Part shown: positions 1 to 15,589 of the stretch, piece by piece
Layout of the letters: each line of letters begins with the position of its first letter
Numbering within the stretch: the stretch's first letter is position 1
DNA from: Ptychomitrium polyphyllum
Taxonomy: Eukaryota
Length of the DNA stretch: 64,000 nucleotides
Assembly: GCA_973851085.1 (NCBI GenBank)
Contig: OZ316776.1
Coordinates: 6,200,001 to 6,264,000, forward strand
Reading direction: 5' to 3'
Notes under the pieces: model-generated
What the model saw: the letters and a program-made list of their open reading frames with translations, nothing else
What the model was told of the DNA's origin: nothing
The model's database searches: none
Made by a program: the position numbers and the translations under genes

Positions 1-364
1 CTGATACATCGTGCACACATAACCTAAGAATGAGAACCTATTTTCTTGACCGAGTAGACCATAATCGTATTTTTTCATAAAATATTCTTCTTTCTGAACC
101 GACAAGTGCTTCAGAAATTCATGTTCCTGAATTAGCTGCGGAAATCAAATGCCATTTCTACACTCAAGCTGCACATTTCTAAATGCATTGAGTCCATAAT
201 CTCACTTCCATTTCACCTCAATCACAGATTGTCAAGCACTACAATAATTCAACAGAGAGCTCCTGGGAGAACTTTGAGAAGATTCAAGTAACTTTGCTGA
301 CGTGGGTCAAGTGGTCGAATTTGATCACAACATCTAAGTTAGTTATCTAACTTAGTTATCTAAG

Positions 365-1496
365 TTAAGCAAGATTACCATAAAGGTGACGTTGGAGTAT
401 AGGACCAACTATCGCAGGTGAGCTGAGTTGTGGTAAGTGACCCTCTGTCTGCATCACCTCAACAATGGTGGGCCCGCCTAGTCTTTGGTGAAGGTAGTCC
501 GACACAATCACTGGAACTGCTAGATCTTTAGAGCTTTGCAAGATGTGACAAGGCACAGTTACCTGCAACACGATCATAGTATCCAGCAATGATTAAAAGG
601 GCAAACTAGACCATAAATTAATGCAGCTGCATTCCTCAAGTCATTGACAGAATTGAAAGATATGAAATCGTAAACGAGTTGAAGCATGCCTTGGGAAGCA
701 TATTTCGCAGATCACTTTGAAAGATGGTTTTCGCCACACTGAAGGCAATGTCAGGCCGAACGTTGAAAAGCGTTCGACTGAACTCCTGCACTGCCATGGA
801 TTCTATGTCCGCACCTACTACCAAGGGAGCAAATCCTGAGACCCAGGCCTTGAAGTTCGATTGCATAGCTCGGAATAGCTGGTTAAGATCTTCTTGCTCA
901 AATCCTCCAAAATAATCTCTGTCGTTTAGGTACCTGGGCAAAATAATTTGCCATATTAGGATGATGAAGGTGGTACTTCACTTGCTTGTTATAACAGGAA
1001 CCTGTGCATCGTGTTGCACATATAATGACGAATGTGAACATGCATTAAGATTCCAGATGTTCACAATTACTTTTCAAAATAGAAGAGAAAACTGAGAGGT
1101 AAGGAATAACATAAATCATCACCATGAGGTAGTACCTAGGAGAAGCAGAAATCATAATTATTTTTGAAAAGATGTTTGGCCGATCAAGGGAAGCAAGGCA
1201 TCCAACCATACCAGCCACCGAGTGTCCAACGTACATGCAAGTAGTGATCTCAAGCTCTGTCAGGATTGCAAGGACGTCTTCTGCGTAACCATGTAGAGAA
1301 GAATATCTCGAGAAGCTGAAGTAATTCGGATCTGTTGTGCCAGCACCCATGTTGTCAAACAAGATCACTCGGTAGTCGTCGATGACGTGAGGAAGAACAT
1401 TTTGCCAGACCGATTGGTCGGTACCAAATCCATGAGCAAGAACCACCAGCTCTTGGCCATTGCCAACCACTCCAGAATGGTCTGTGCCGTACACAT
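365..1496 (-). CDS. KAI2L: KAI2/D14-family alpha/beta hydrolase (KAI2-like); 3 exons (1496-1136, 933-690, 562-365); N-terminus appears frameshifted, possibly a pseudogene/null allele
   Basis: Spliced translation has family motifs [27 protein letters not shown] (Ser), SASPR|YLND, KDLAVP (Asp), GHLPQLSSP (His). Intron 1 is GT-AG (1135-934); intron 2 is GC-AG (689-563); TAA at 367-365. The ATG at 1496 is not in frame with the hydrolase. Confidence 0.93.
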
Positions 1497-4400
1497 GACC
1501 TAATTCTGAACCTTATCTCCAGAAGATTGGCAATACTAGTATCCACAGGTTCCAAGTAACATTTCCTGCACAGATAATTAAACACTGTGGACGTAGGGAA
1601 TTCAACTGGAGATCTCACCCGCAAACAATAATTCCTGATCGAAAAGAGTACCCGATCAGTAGCAGCAGCGCATTAGAAGTGATCATAGTGCATTCACGAT
1701 TCAAGAATCTTCTTGGAAACATGATGCAGGCACCACGGTAAACCCTAATATCTGAAGCTACTACTCTCCTCCTGGCATTCTCAACGGCGCTGCAGTTACA
1801 AATTGATAACTGACAGCTTCCTTCATTCTATCTGGATTGCTAACAGGGACACCAAGCACAACCTCTAAGGATAACTTGAACCACATCGATCGATTATGTA
1901 ACTCTTAATCTGTGCTGGTCAAGAAACTTACGTCTGAGAGGTTTGATATTCGGGCTGATCATACTTCAAAAAGTACATAATTACCATCATGCATGGGCAC
2001 TATCGTCACGAAGTGAAAGCAAAGGTACGTAGTTACCACTTGACTTTTCAGCTATGGCAAATTCTAGTCATGCGAGTTGCATAAACATCGCGATCAGGAA
2101 AATCTTACAGATATACGAAAGGTGTATGTTTGTGAAGAACCTCTCCGCTGGCCTTGCCCGGCATGCAATGTGGTGGGAAATGAAAATTCCTCCAGATGGA
2201 CCAGCTTAAAGCAATTAGTACCACGATTCAATGAGCACCACCTCCAACTTTCTCCACACCCCAGACCGCTTTCAAACTACGCATCAAACACCCCCCAAAA
2301 CAGAAGGAAAGCAAGCAGCCAATTACACCGGTGCCGCACACGACTGACCAAGGATCTCTCAAGGAACATATTTAGATCACACAACATTGCCTTCCACGTG
2401 ACTCAATCCCACTCTGACATGCAATATTCCACAAATGCAATATAAAAACTGAAATTTTGACACCCCAGGTGCTCGAAACACAGATGTAGGCCGCACAGGG
2501 CACCTTCGTCATCAAGATGCGAATTTTTGGAATTAATTACTAGTTCGCTGCTATAAAAAACTCAATTAGCATAGAGCTACCATAGAGACATTTGATGGTC
2601 ACTCAAGAAACCTAAGTTACTCAAGTCATAGTAAGGTCCAAGAGCGGTAAACCTTAGATTAAGTGCATGGTGCATGTATTTCAAGTGAGCTGGTACATCT
2701 GGTACTGTGCCCATTCCGCAGGCTTCGTTGTGGGAGAGCCATGCCTGCACTGTGGGACGGTGGTGACTCAGGAGCCTGCAACAGGCTCTGGCCCAATGGA
2801 CTGAAACTAAGGATGATGAGAAACTGAACTAGGAGATTACGCTCGGTGACGTTGCCTCTGCTGCTCAGTCATGTGTGTGGAGCAGATTTGGTATTTAACA
2901 CACACCGCAATCAACTTTGTAGCAATGGATGGAAGTCTCTTGCCCACATTTCTACCTAACCTATTGAAGGCTAATTCATTCAGCGCCAAAGATGGTGCAG
3001 ATGCAGGCTTGCAGATCTGACCAGATCATGAATACGTGTTGCTTGGAAGTAAATTAATTTGTAGATCGTGGCCCTTTTTTTAAACATTCTCGACCGATTG
3101 AGTATCGAGAACTTTCTAGGTAGCATAATCTGGAAAGTCTGAATCATTCTTACGATCCGTATTTAAATATTTACTTTCGTTTTGAACGCTGGCTCAAGAA
3201 GCCCTTCGTTCACCTAGGATGTCATGTGGGTGCTGGAACGTCCACACTGATTGCGGCAGAGATGTCTTGCTTGCATGCATATCGTATAAGCTGTCCTCTA
3301 ACCCAAAATCAGAGCAAAAGTAAGGCTCTCGACGATCACACACTCTGACGGGGCACTGGAAACTTAGGAAACAGGTTGCAAGCACCACAATTTGCACTGT
3401 TGCTTGCGGAATGGAATGAAAACCTGCGTTTACAATCCCTCCTAAACCATGACAACAGAGCAATATAAAAAACTGACAACAGCATGACATAAAGGACGAT
3501 TGCAAGTTAGGAAAGAGGACCTGTTAAAACGGATTAAACTACTTAGGGCTCTTGAAAGTCTAGTCAAGTTTAAGATTCTTTTGTTCCCTTTCTCCAACTC
3601 TCATTTGGCTTCTCTTGGCTTTTCGTGGCTCTTGAAGGCTTTTCTTGTCATGGGTCTATGACTTTCACCATTTGTACTAGACTCTCATTTTGTTTTATTT
3701 GTGCTGATTTGTGTTGATTAGTTTTCATGATAAAACAAGGAAGAGGTCCTCTCTGTTGTTCTAAACATTGAGCACGGTGTAAAGTTTCGGAAGTACTCTA
3801 GATGAGTGAAACCGAGAACCTCAGACAAATTTATATTCCACCGAATCATGCAAATTCAATATTTCAGAAAAATTCTGTATTCTGAATTGTAGAAAGTATG
3901 AAATCAAAGTGTCGAACTTGTAGCATCGATCTAGAAACATAAGTCTTTCCTTGCACTTCATCCATAGTTAAACTTTAATAGAATTCACTTCTTACGACGT
4001 CCTGTCCTGGCCACTGCGTGCCTCAAACTCAATCTAGAATCAGGTACACAATTTACCTTCTACAGGACTACTGTGAATTCTAACAGGGTAGATTGCCCTA
4101 TCCTTGTAATTTCCTGTTAACGGAAGACGAAACTGTTGATGTTTTTACTGTTAGTTAGAAGGGAGCTTTTTGTTATATGATGACGATTTGATAAGAACAG
4201 CAAATGTTAGGTCGAAGATTTCTCGATCTGCATATAAGCTCACTGTGGTTCTACACTTCGGATATGATGTCATCACTGCCTTTCCCTATTCCCAAAGGAT
4301 AGAGGATGTTCTGGGATACTGAACACCATTTTGGTTCCGATGAATACATAACTGGACTGGAAGCGATTCGTGAGTTGATCACACTCTAAGGCCACGAAAA

Positions 4401-7400
4401 AACCATTCTTGCATGAGTCAGTCCCTGGATCGTAATTCTTTTCAAATCTTTTTTATATTAAAAATTTGGTGTAGGGTACTAGTCAGATATCTTGCTTGTA
4501 CGGACTGTGACCTCTTTTAAGTGTATTTGTATGAAAGCCACGATTTTTTTTATGTACAAATGCTAAGGTTTTTAAATTGAATCTTTAGAAGGTTTTTTAG
4601 CAAAAATCAATAAAACACCAATAGATTAGTCCACTCACTCAAATTACAATTGGGAGTCACCACTTCATGCACAATCACCTAAATCCATTCAAAAAATGAC
4701 CATGGAACAACTCCACGCACATCACATGATTTTTTTTAAATCTAGTGTAAGATCACCTTCCTCTTCATTATCACCATCCCATAAGTTCATTTGCCTCCAA
4801 TTTCAACACCATTATTATCACTCTCACCCATTTCCACCTCGTTTACCCTTTGACAACATATAAGTACTATCCTTCTCATAGCTCGCTTACCTCACCAGTG
4901 TGATGGTCTAGGGAAACTTAATGTTGGCATGGAAATGCTACATTTGTCATTGGAAGAGTGGATGGTAGGTAATACTGAAGCGTCGAAGCAATAGTCTCTG
5001 ATCAATCTTGCTATAGCAATGTGCAACATGAAGTGTCACAGGCTCACAGCTGGGGAAACCAGATCTGATTAAAATCTACATGTATCAGAGTACCAGACGA
5101 CTAGTTATCATCACAATGTTGTACAAAAGAGCAGGTCTGAAGTCTGGAGTTGGTCCAATTGGGTGACTTGGTGGGTCAAGAGACACCAAGTTACGTGCTC
5201 AATGTACCACTTCTAACAACAGCTGCAGGCATTGGGATACTGCTGCAACCTTGTCCACGTCAACTTCCAGCAAGTTTTCTCACACAATCTTAAAGTATAT
5301 TTTACGGAACAACATCTTGATATTTCTAAATTTCTAATACAGTAACTGCAATCCCGTGTACAACTTCTTGCTACACCTATCATTCATAAAGTACTTTATG
5401 CAAGGTAATTTACTGATGCAAGGGGATATCTCATCCCCAGTATGATAACTGAGGGAACGATGAGGCTGTCATGGACCATATCATTCATTTGTGGCTTTCT
5501 GATCCAACATAATGTTACGACAGTCAAGTAGCAGGGTCAAAGTACAGAAATGAATGTGAGTGAGTGCAGTAGACCAGCACCGGAGATGAAGCTGAAAAGC
5601 AGTGCAGTTATCTGCAATTACTGGGATACATTATGACAAGTATTTCTGAAGACCAATACTATAGTAATTTTACCCCTTATACTGAATATACTACATGACA
5701 CTGGTAAATTCCTACTGATATTCTAACTTAGTACTATCAGATATCCCAAGTATCCAAATTCTGGATGATGAACAAATTCAAACTACATCAGAAAGGCGCT
5801 TGATTAATGTTGCATTACTTTTGCACTCCTTGTATTACTCTTGTGATTGCTTCTGCCTTAGTATATTTCTATTAAACTATTTAGTACTACCACAGTACTT
5901 GTATAGGAGCATCTACTAAAGTACTATGCCAAATACATATGTTGCAATACTACTAGGGTATTGTTGCATGTGCTTGTGTGAAAAAACAATAAATTTGTCT
6001 ACTATTTCTCTTCAACAATGATGCAGTATAGTTGAAGGAACTTATTTCACATGGTTCTGATATACTTGTAATACAATTGCAATAGTGCAAAAGTAATTTC
6101 CACTGGAACTGCATAAGTTAAATGCATATTGATATTGTACATCACTTATACTAGCTAAAAGTATAGCAATAATTATTTACTTAATTTATCACTTAATGCA
6201 TTTGCAATAATTTTTACATAATAAAAAAATATATTCATAACAAAATTTATAGAGATTGAAGGAGAAGTACTCATTTTTTTAAAAGGTATGGAATGACATG
6301 AACAATCTTTAGAATCAAAGTATCTTAATCATCTTATATGATTCATTACCATATTCTAACTACTTTAATAGAGGACATTTGACTAATGTGTCAAAAAAGT
6401 AAGTTTATACATTTGCACTAAATAGAATGTATTTGTTTTAACTTTACTTTGATCTATAGTCATATTACATCTTTCAACTTGACAAAATTGTCCATATGAA
6501 ATACAATTTACTTTGCCTCACGCTTCATTTGAATTAAAATGTTATTAAACTGCTTTTTGTCTATGAAAAAATATGTAGCATGGTCTAGACAATATTGCTA
6601 ACAACTTGTGAATGAGAAGTGTATATAAAAGAAATATATTGATAGTCTTCATTGATTTAGAATTGCATGTATAAGATTTTCATGAATTTTATAAAAAAAT
6701 ATTTTAGCAATATCATATTCAGCATTGTATTCTTTTTGAATGAAGGCAAAAATCCCTCTTTTTCCTATCCATTCTTTTTAGTTCTTTTTTAATTATCAAA
6801 GATTTCTTCATTTCTTTTTATACACACATATATTTTATTTTAGAACTTTACATAATAAAACATATACTTAATTATGCGGTTCTGCAATCATTTTAATGAA
6901 TCACTAATAAACTACTTTAAATAACATAAATAGATTTATTTTTCAAACTTTTTTATTAGCAATTTTTAATTCATTTTGGAAGTGGACATATTTGTATCTT
7001 TAATTTCAAATTTTCATCAATGCTTGAAAAGGGCAATTGTAAAATTGAAATTTAATTTGAATAGAAAGCAAGTTTTTTTTATATATGGCAATACAATTTG
7101 GTTATTAATAAAGAAGGTGCAACTTTTTGGAATTTATGTAAGCAAAAGAATGTTAGAATTTTAAAAACAATCAATTTCTTTTGTAGTTGGACACTACTAA
7201 GAATGTCTATTCTAATTGTAATATGTTGTATGAAATTCATAATATATATGATGCCAAATAAGTCATCACTTCAAAAATTTCAACAAGATCTACTTTTATT
7301 AAATACCAATAATAAAACATCAGCAGTATATTATAATAGAAATTAAATAAAATTTTAACACATTGTTAATATATGATAAAAATACTCTTAATATTAGAAA

Positions 7401-10400
7401 AAAATCAAATATTAACAATTTATTTCATATGATTGCAATATTAAAATTCTTAAAATGGCATTAAAATTTGCTAAGGTAATAAATTAATATTATGGTACAA
7501 TTGCATTGTAGCATAGAAATAGCATTAAAATATTAAAGATATAATTGTCTTTTTTGATATGTTTTCTTTTCCATTGTTAGATATTAATTTTATCCATTAT
7601 TTTTTCTTTGATTTTTAGGCTACTTGATTGGCATTATGACACTTTGGTTTCCACAATACTTTTACATTAGTGTATAATGAGCAATCTTTTGGCAGCCTAT
7701 ATAAATTGCACTCACTGATCATGAAACGGCTGTGACTTTGGGCCATCTACCATACATAGGTGTGAACACACAGTAATCTTTTATTCCTGTTTGTGTTTAT
7801 TTCTTTTCATCTTTTAACATGTTAAATAAAGATTCTTATATACATTAAATAGTGTGGATCTAATCATAACCAAATTTGTATGAAAGTGTAATGGAGGAAA
7901 GTCTTAATTTTGTTCAAAGAAGATATAAAGTACCAAGACATAACTTTTTTTCAATATTTTCATTATCTCAATATTTTTAGTTTTTTTATGATTTATAGTT
8001 TTCTTTAAAATGGCATTTTTTTGTACCAGATAGGTAAAAATTAGTTTTCCTTTCTTTATTTTTTTAAATGCAAACCATGCAAATTTTTGAAATATGGAAT
8101 TATAATGGAAAAATACAATATAACATAATAAATCCATTGCATTATATACCAAATAATGATTTTAAAAATCAATAAAAAACTCTTATAAATTACCTAATGC
8201 TATCATACCATTGTGCCAATAATTCAAAGCTTATATTTTAAATTAAAATAAAGACATCTAAAATTCATGAAAATCTAAATCTAGTTCGTTTAAGAATCCA
8301 ACATTCTAAAACTTTCTAAATGGATATAAGGCAAAGATGTGAATAAAAATGGTTTCCAAATAAATGTAAGGTTTCCTTCATTTTTGTTCAAGTATTCAAC
8401 AACCCAACAACAACAACAATTCAAATACTCAACAACTCAATAACATACTTACAAAGAAACTTTTGTCAATAAAGAAAATGGAATCATAAAATGTACATAT
8501 GTACGATACTAGTATCCCAAATAACGAACTTATTATAAATTCTCAAAGTAAAAGTTTGTCATACCCCTTAGTTATTACATAAGCTAACCTTAAATCTGTG
8601 TATATTTATGTTGCTACCAAACATATGTTTAGTATTTCCTAAAATAGCCCGAGATAGATAAAATGCTCACAGCCCATTGGGTCACACACAATACAGTTGG
8701 GACTCATGCAGTTCTCAGTTCAACCTCATAGTTTACATTCTAGGGTGGCTGATGCTATTTCTACCTTTAGTGAAACTTGCAACGTAAAACTCTGTCAGAA
8801 GCCTCGAGCGTCAAAGCTACGCCAGCTGGCTACATGACAAGGTCCCCATTGGAGGAAATAACGTGAAAACAATTCAAGTGCACCAATCAGGCAGCCTGCC
8901 TTGTCAGCACGCGAGCGGATGAGAAGCGCGAGGGCTCCCCCCCCCAATAACCACGGCCCACGTGGCAATGACCCTTAGCTGCCGCATAAGTCCAGTGCTC
9001 GACCGCTCGCGGTCCGGTTGACCGCAGCCCAAAGGCAGTCATGAGAGCCGGACTGTGAGTGCACAGTCCGGACCACGGCTCTGGCTTTTTACCTTCGCAG
9101 CTCCCCATGGTGTCCGTTCCAGTCCATCCTCACCTGTTCCCCTGTAGATTCTGCTCTGCAGAGAGGCTCTGCTGAGACCACGCACCGGAATAGTGAAGCA
9201 CGGTCGTACAGATCTAAGTTACGAACTGTACAACGGGTAGGGCTCTGGTGAAGGGTGCGCATGTTTGAAGAGCACCTGCAGCCGGCGAACAAGTGCTGCA
9301 ACTAGACGTTGTTACGGAACTCGTTGAGGGGTGCTCATTTGTGGCTCTTTGTGGTGAGAGTAGACGAGGATTCACTTTCCTTGCGCGGACTTGAGGAGTT
9401 CTTTTCTAACGTTGTAGCACTGTAGATGTAAAAATAAGTGCCTAGTCCCACAACCCCTTCACTTTACACCGTAACAACAAGACGCCTGCTAATCCTGGAA
9501 TGGATGTAGAAGCTTGTGATTGAACATGGGCCCCCTACCCACAGTTACTGCTGAAGTCAAATATCATTGACCCTCGCTCAACATTGCCGGCCTCCCATGC
9601 AATATGTTTATTGACAAACAGCCAATCAACGTTCGGAAGCTGTTTATGCTCACCACCGCTTTGTATCCTGGTGGTGAAGTTTGGTGGTCGACGCATCCTT
9701 CTCTACTAGTGACGCATGTACTTTCATCTGATCCACAGATGTGCTTTGATACCCATGAATCCTAACTCGATGAAACTTCTTACAGTACAACTATGATCAC
9801 ACTTCACTGCTACAATTACGTTTCCTTTACTTCTACTGTGTAAATAACTTTTTCTTTTTTAACTCTTTCAATGCTATATATAATATAAGAAGAATCAATC
9901 TGAAGCCAAATAATAATATAACCACTAGCGGTAAGTCAATTAGACTGGCGTAGGAGACTCCGAGAAAGATTGCCGAACTCGAGTGTGCGTAACTTTGTCT
10001 GATGCAAGGGTCATCTCGCAGTCTGAGAGCTCGTGTGGATAATACTCTCTTACTGAGATCGAAAATTCCTGCCTATTTAGAGGCTCCCAGCTTACCATCC
10101 AATCGGACCCCAGAATGGCAGTCTGATCAGGCAACGACGTGCAATAGCAAGTGCACACAACAAGTTCAGCCCATGCTTACTAATCACAGGCTTAACTTAT
10201 CCATTCGAAGGCAGGGCCCTAGGTGTTGGTTTACTGCCATCATCCATCAACCACTTGCATGCGCTCATTCCACACTCATCATTCTTTCACACACGCCTCC
10301 GGCCTGTAAGTTAGTACAGTAAAGACGACTGTTTTCCTGAAGTCAACAAGCCAAGATGGGTGTTTGCTTTGTTTAGTGGAAACCAACTGATTGCATGCGC

Positions 10401-10943
10401 TCCAGAGCTGGGAAGAAGAAGTGGAAGAAGTAGCCTCCGGCTAGAATCTATATGGTAGATCATACTAGAAAGACGGGACAGAAACTGTTAAGCTTGTGGG
10501 AAGGTGTAAAGTCGAGAGTTTTGGTGAAGTAAACTGTGGGTTTTCTGGAATCTCCGGGAGTGTGGAGAGCTAGAGTGACCCTTTGAAGTTTGGTGGACCC
10601 TTGAAGTGGCCCTGTGAGTGGAAGTAAGGAGGAGCATCGAGGGGAATCTAGCGCCCAAATTATGCGCTCTTCCCAACAAGACACTTTTCCTCTGGGGTCC
10701 TTGTCGTCTTCTTCTTCTTCTAGTTTTTTTCTGCTGCTTTTGCAAACAAACTGCTGCAAGCTCTTTCTGTTGTGTACATAGCCAACCAACAAGCACCAGG
10801 GAGAGTGTGAAGTTCTGGGGAGCTTCTAGATCTGGTGGATACATTGAAGTAGAAGATTTTCTTGCAGAGTTTGGGAGTGAGAGAGCAGGGCATAATTTTT
10901 TGAGTGTTTTTTTTGGTTTGGGTGAGGACTGCGGTTGGGTGCA

Positions 10944-14142
<3,199 letters not shown>

Positions 14143-15589
14143 ATTAAGCGAATGTCGTAGCGATGGCCGGTGATAAATATCACCCACTCAGTTGCCGTTC
14201 GCAATCTGTACAATAGTATAATTGTGACACTCCTGGAGGTGTAGGTTTTAGAGTTTAGAGTTTCCCTCCCTCTTTAAGGTAGATGGCTCTCTTGCAAGGA
14301 GTTCTTCTCTCTTTCTGGTACTATAGCGTGCAGACTTTCAACCCGAGAGGAGATCATAACTCAGTTTTGTCTCCCCTCAAATCTTCACATCTCGTCAAAA
14401 GCTGCTTGTCAATAAGTCTCACTAGGCACCATGCGAATCGAGACACTTGGCTGTGGCTGGCTCTTTAGCAATCCAGTGTTTAGGCAAGGTACGGCGTGTA
14501 TGATCTCCATATTTAGCTTCTGGAGATGAGTTTCTTGCTTCGGGGAACCGGTGATGTCTAGAAATTCATCATCGCATATGCTTTGGAAAGTTTGCGTCGC
14601 GTAATAAACGTCGAAGGCTGACAAGGCTCAATTGTCCGTCTTTCACTTGGAATATTAGTGGTCTTTCTTTTTGTTTCTGTCTCTGGATAAGTGATGTGAA
14701 TTGCACTGAAATTGAATTTAGCATCTTGGAGGTGATGCAAAGCCTCTTGCTTGATTTCCGGACTGGACACACTGTAAACATGATGCGAGTATCCGAGGAA
14801 GCGCGCTTCGACGATGATGCAGACGGTGCAAACGTCCTGACATTCGAAGCTATCGTCTGTGTTTCTTGGATTGGCAAATGTCCATTTACAGTACCATTAT
14901 TTGCAGCATAACTAGCCACCTTTACTGTAGATGATATTGTTTGGGGTCTGCATAAATCAGAACTCTACTAAATATGTTCTCGAATTTGCATCTAATGTTA
15001 GTTAGATTGTGACAAAACAATCTTCCGAAGCCCACTAAGCATCCTACCTTTGCCGAACTTTATTTGGAACTTTTGCAAATTTACATATTGCCAATCATAA
15101 GTTCTGTACCGTAAATCTTTCTTAAATAATGATACACTGTAAGTTTCATTTTACAAAACACATGATGAAACAAAATCAACGAAAACGGTAGTCTGCCTTC
15201 AATGTTACCATAACGGTTCAATCTCGCAAATATTCTCAGTGCAACCTAAGAAACATCAACACATGAATAGCCAAGGCAAACAGTCTATCCAAATTACACC
15301 ATAAACCTCTTCAATGTGCCTGTAATATACATATCGGAATAGGTACAATTTCAAAGCAGCAAAAAAACATTCACACCCTCTTTTTCCAATTGCCAAAAAC
15401 TTCCCATCGAGTGTGCACTTCAAAGATGCCATTCTAAACAGAGCGCAACAGTGAGTCCTTACAATGTCATGTGTCCAACAATTCACTCCAATGTTTATCA
15501 AATGGAATGTTGAGAGGTGTTACACAACCCAAACCAATATTCAAGGTCGATCAGAATTCCATACTATAGATACATTATAAAAAACCTGA

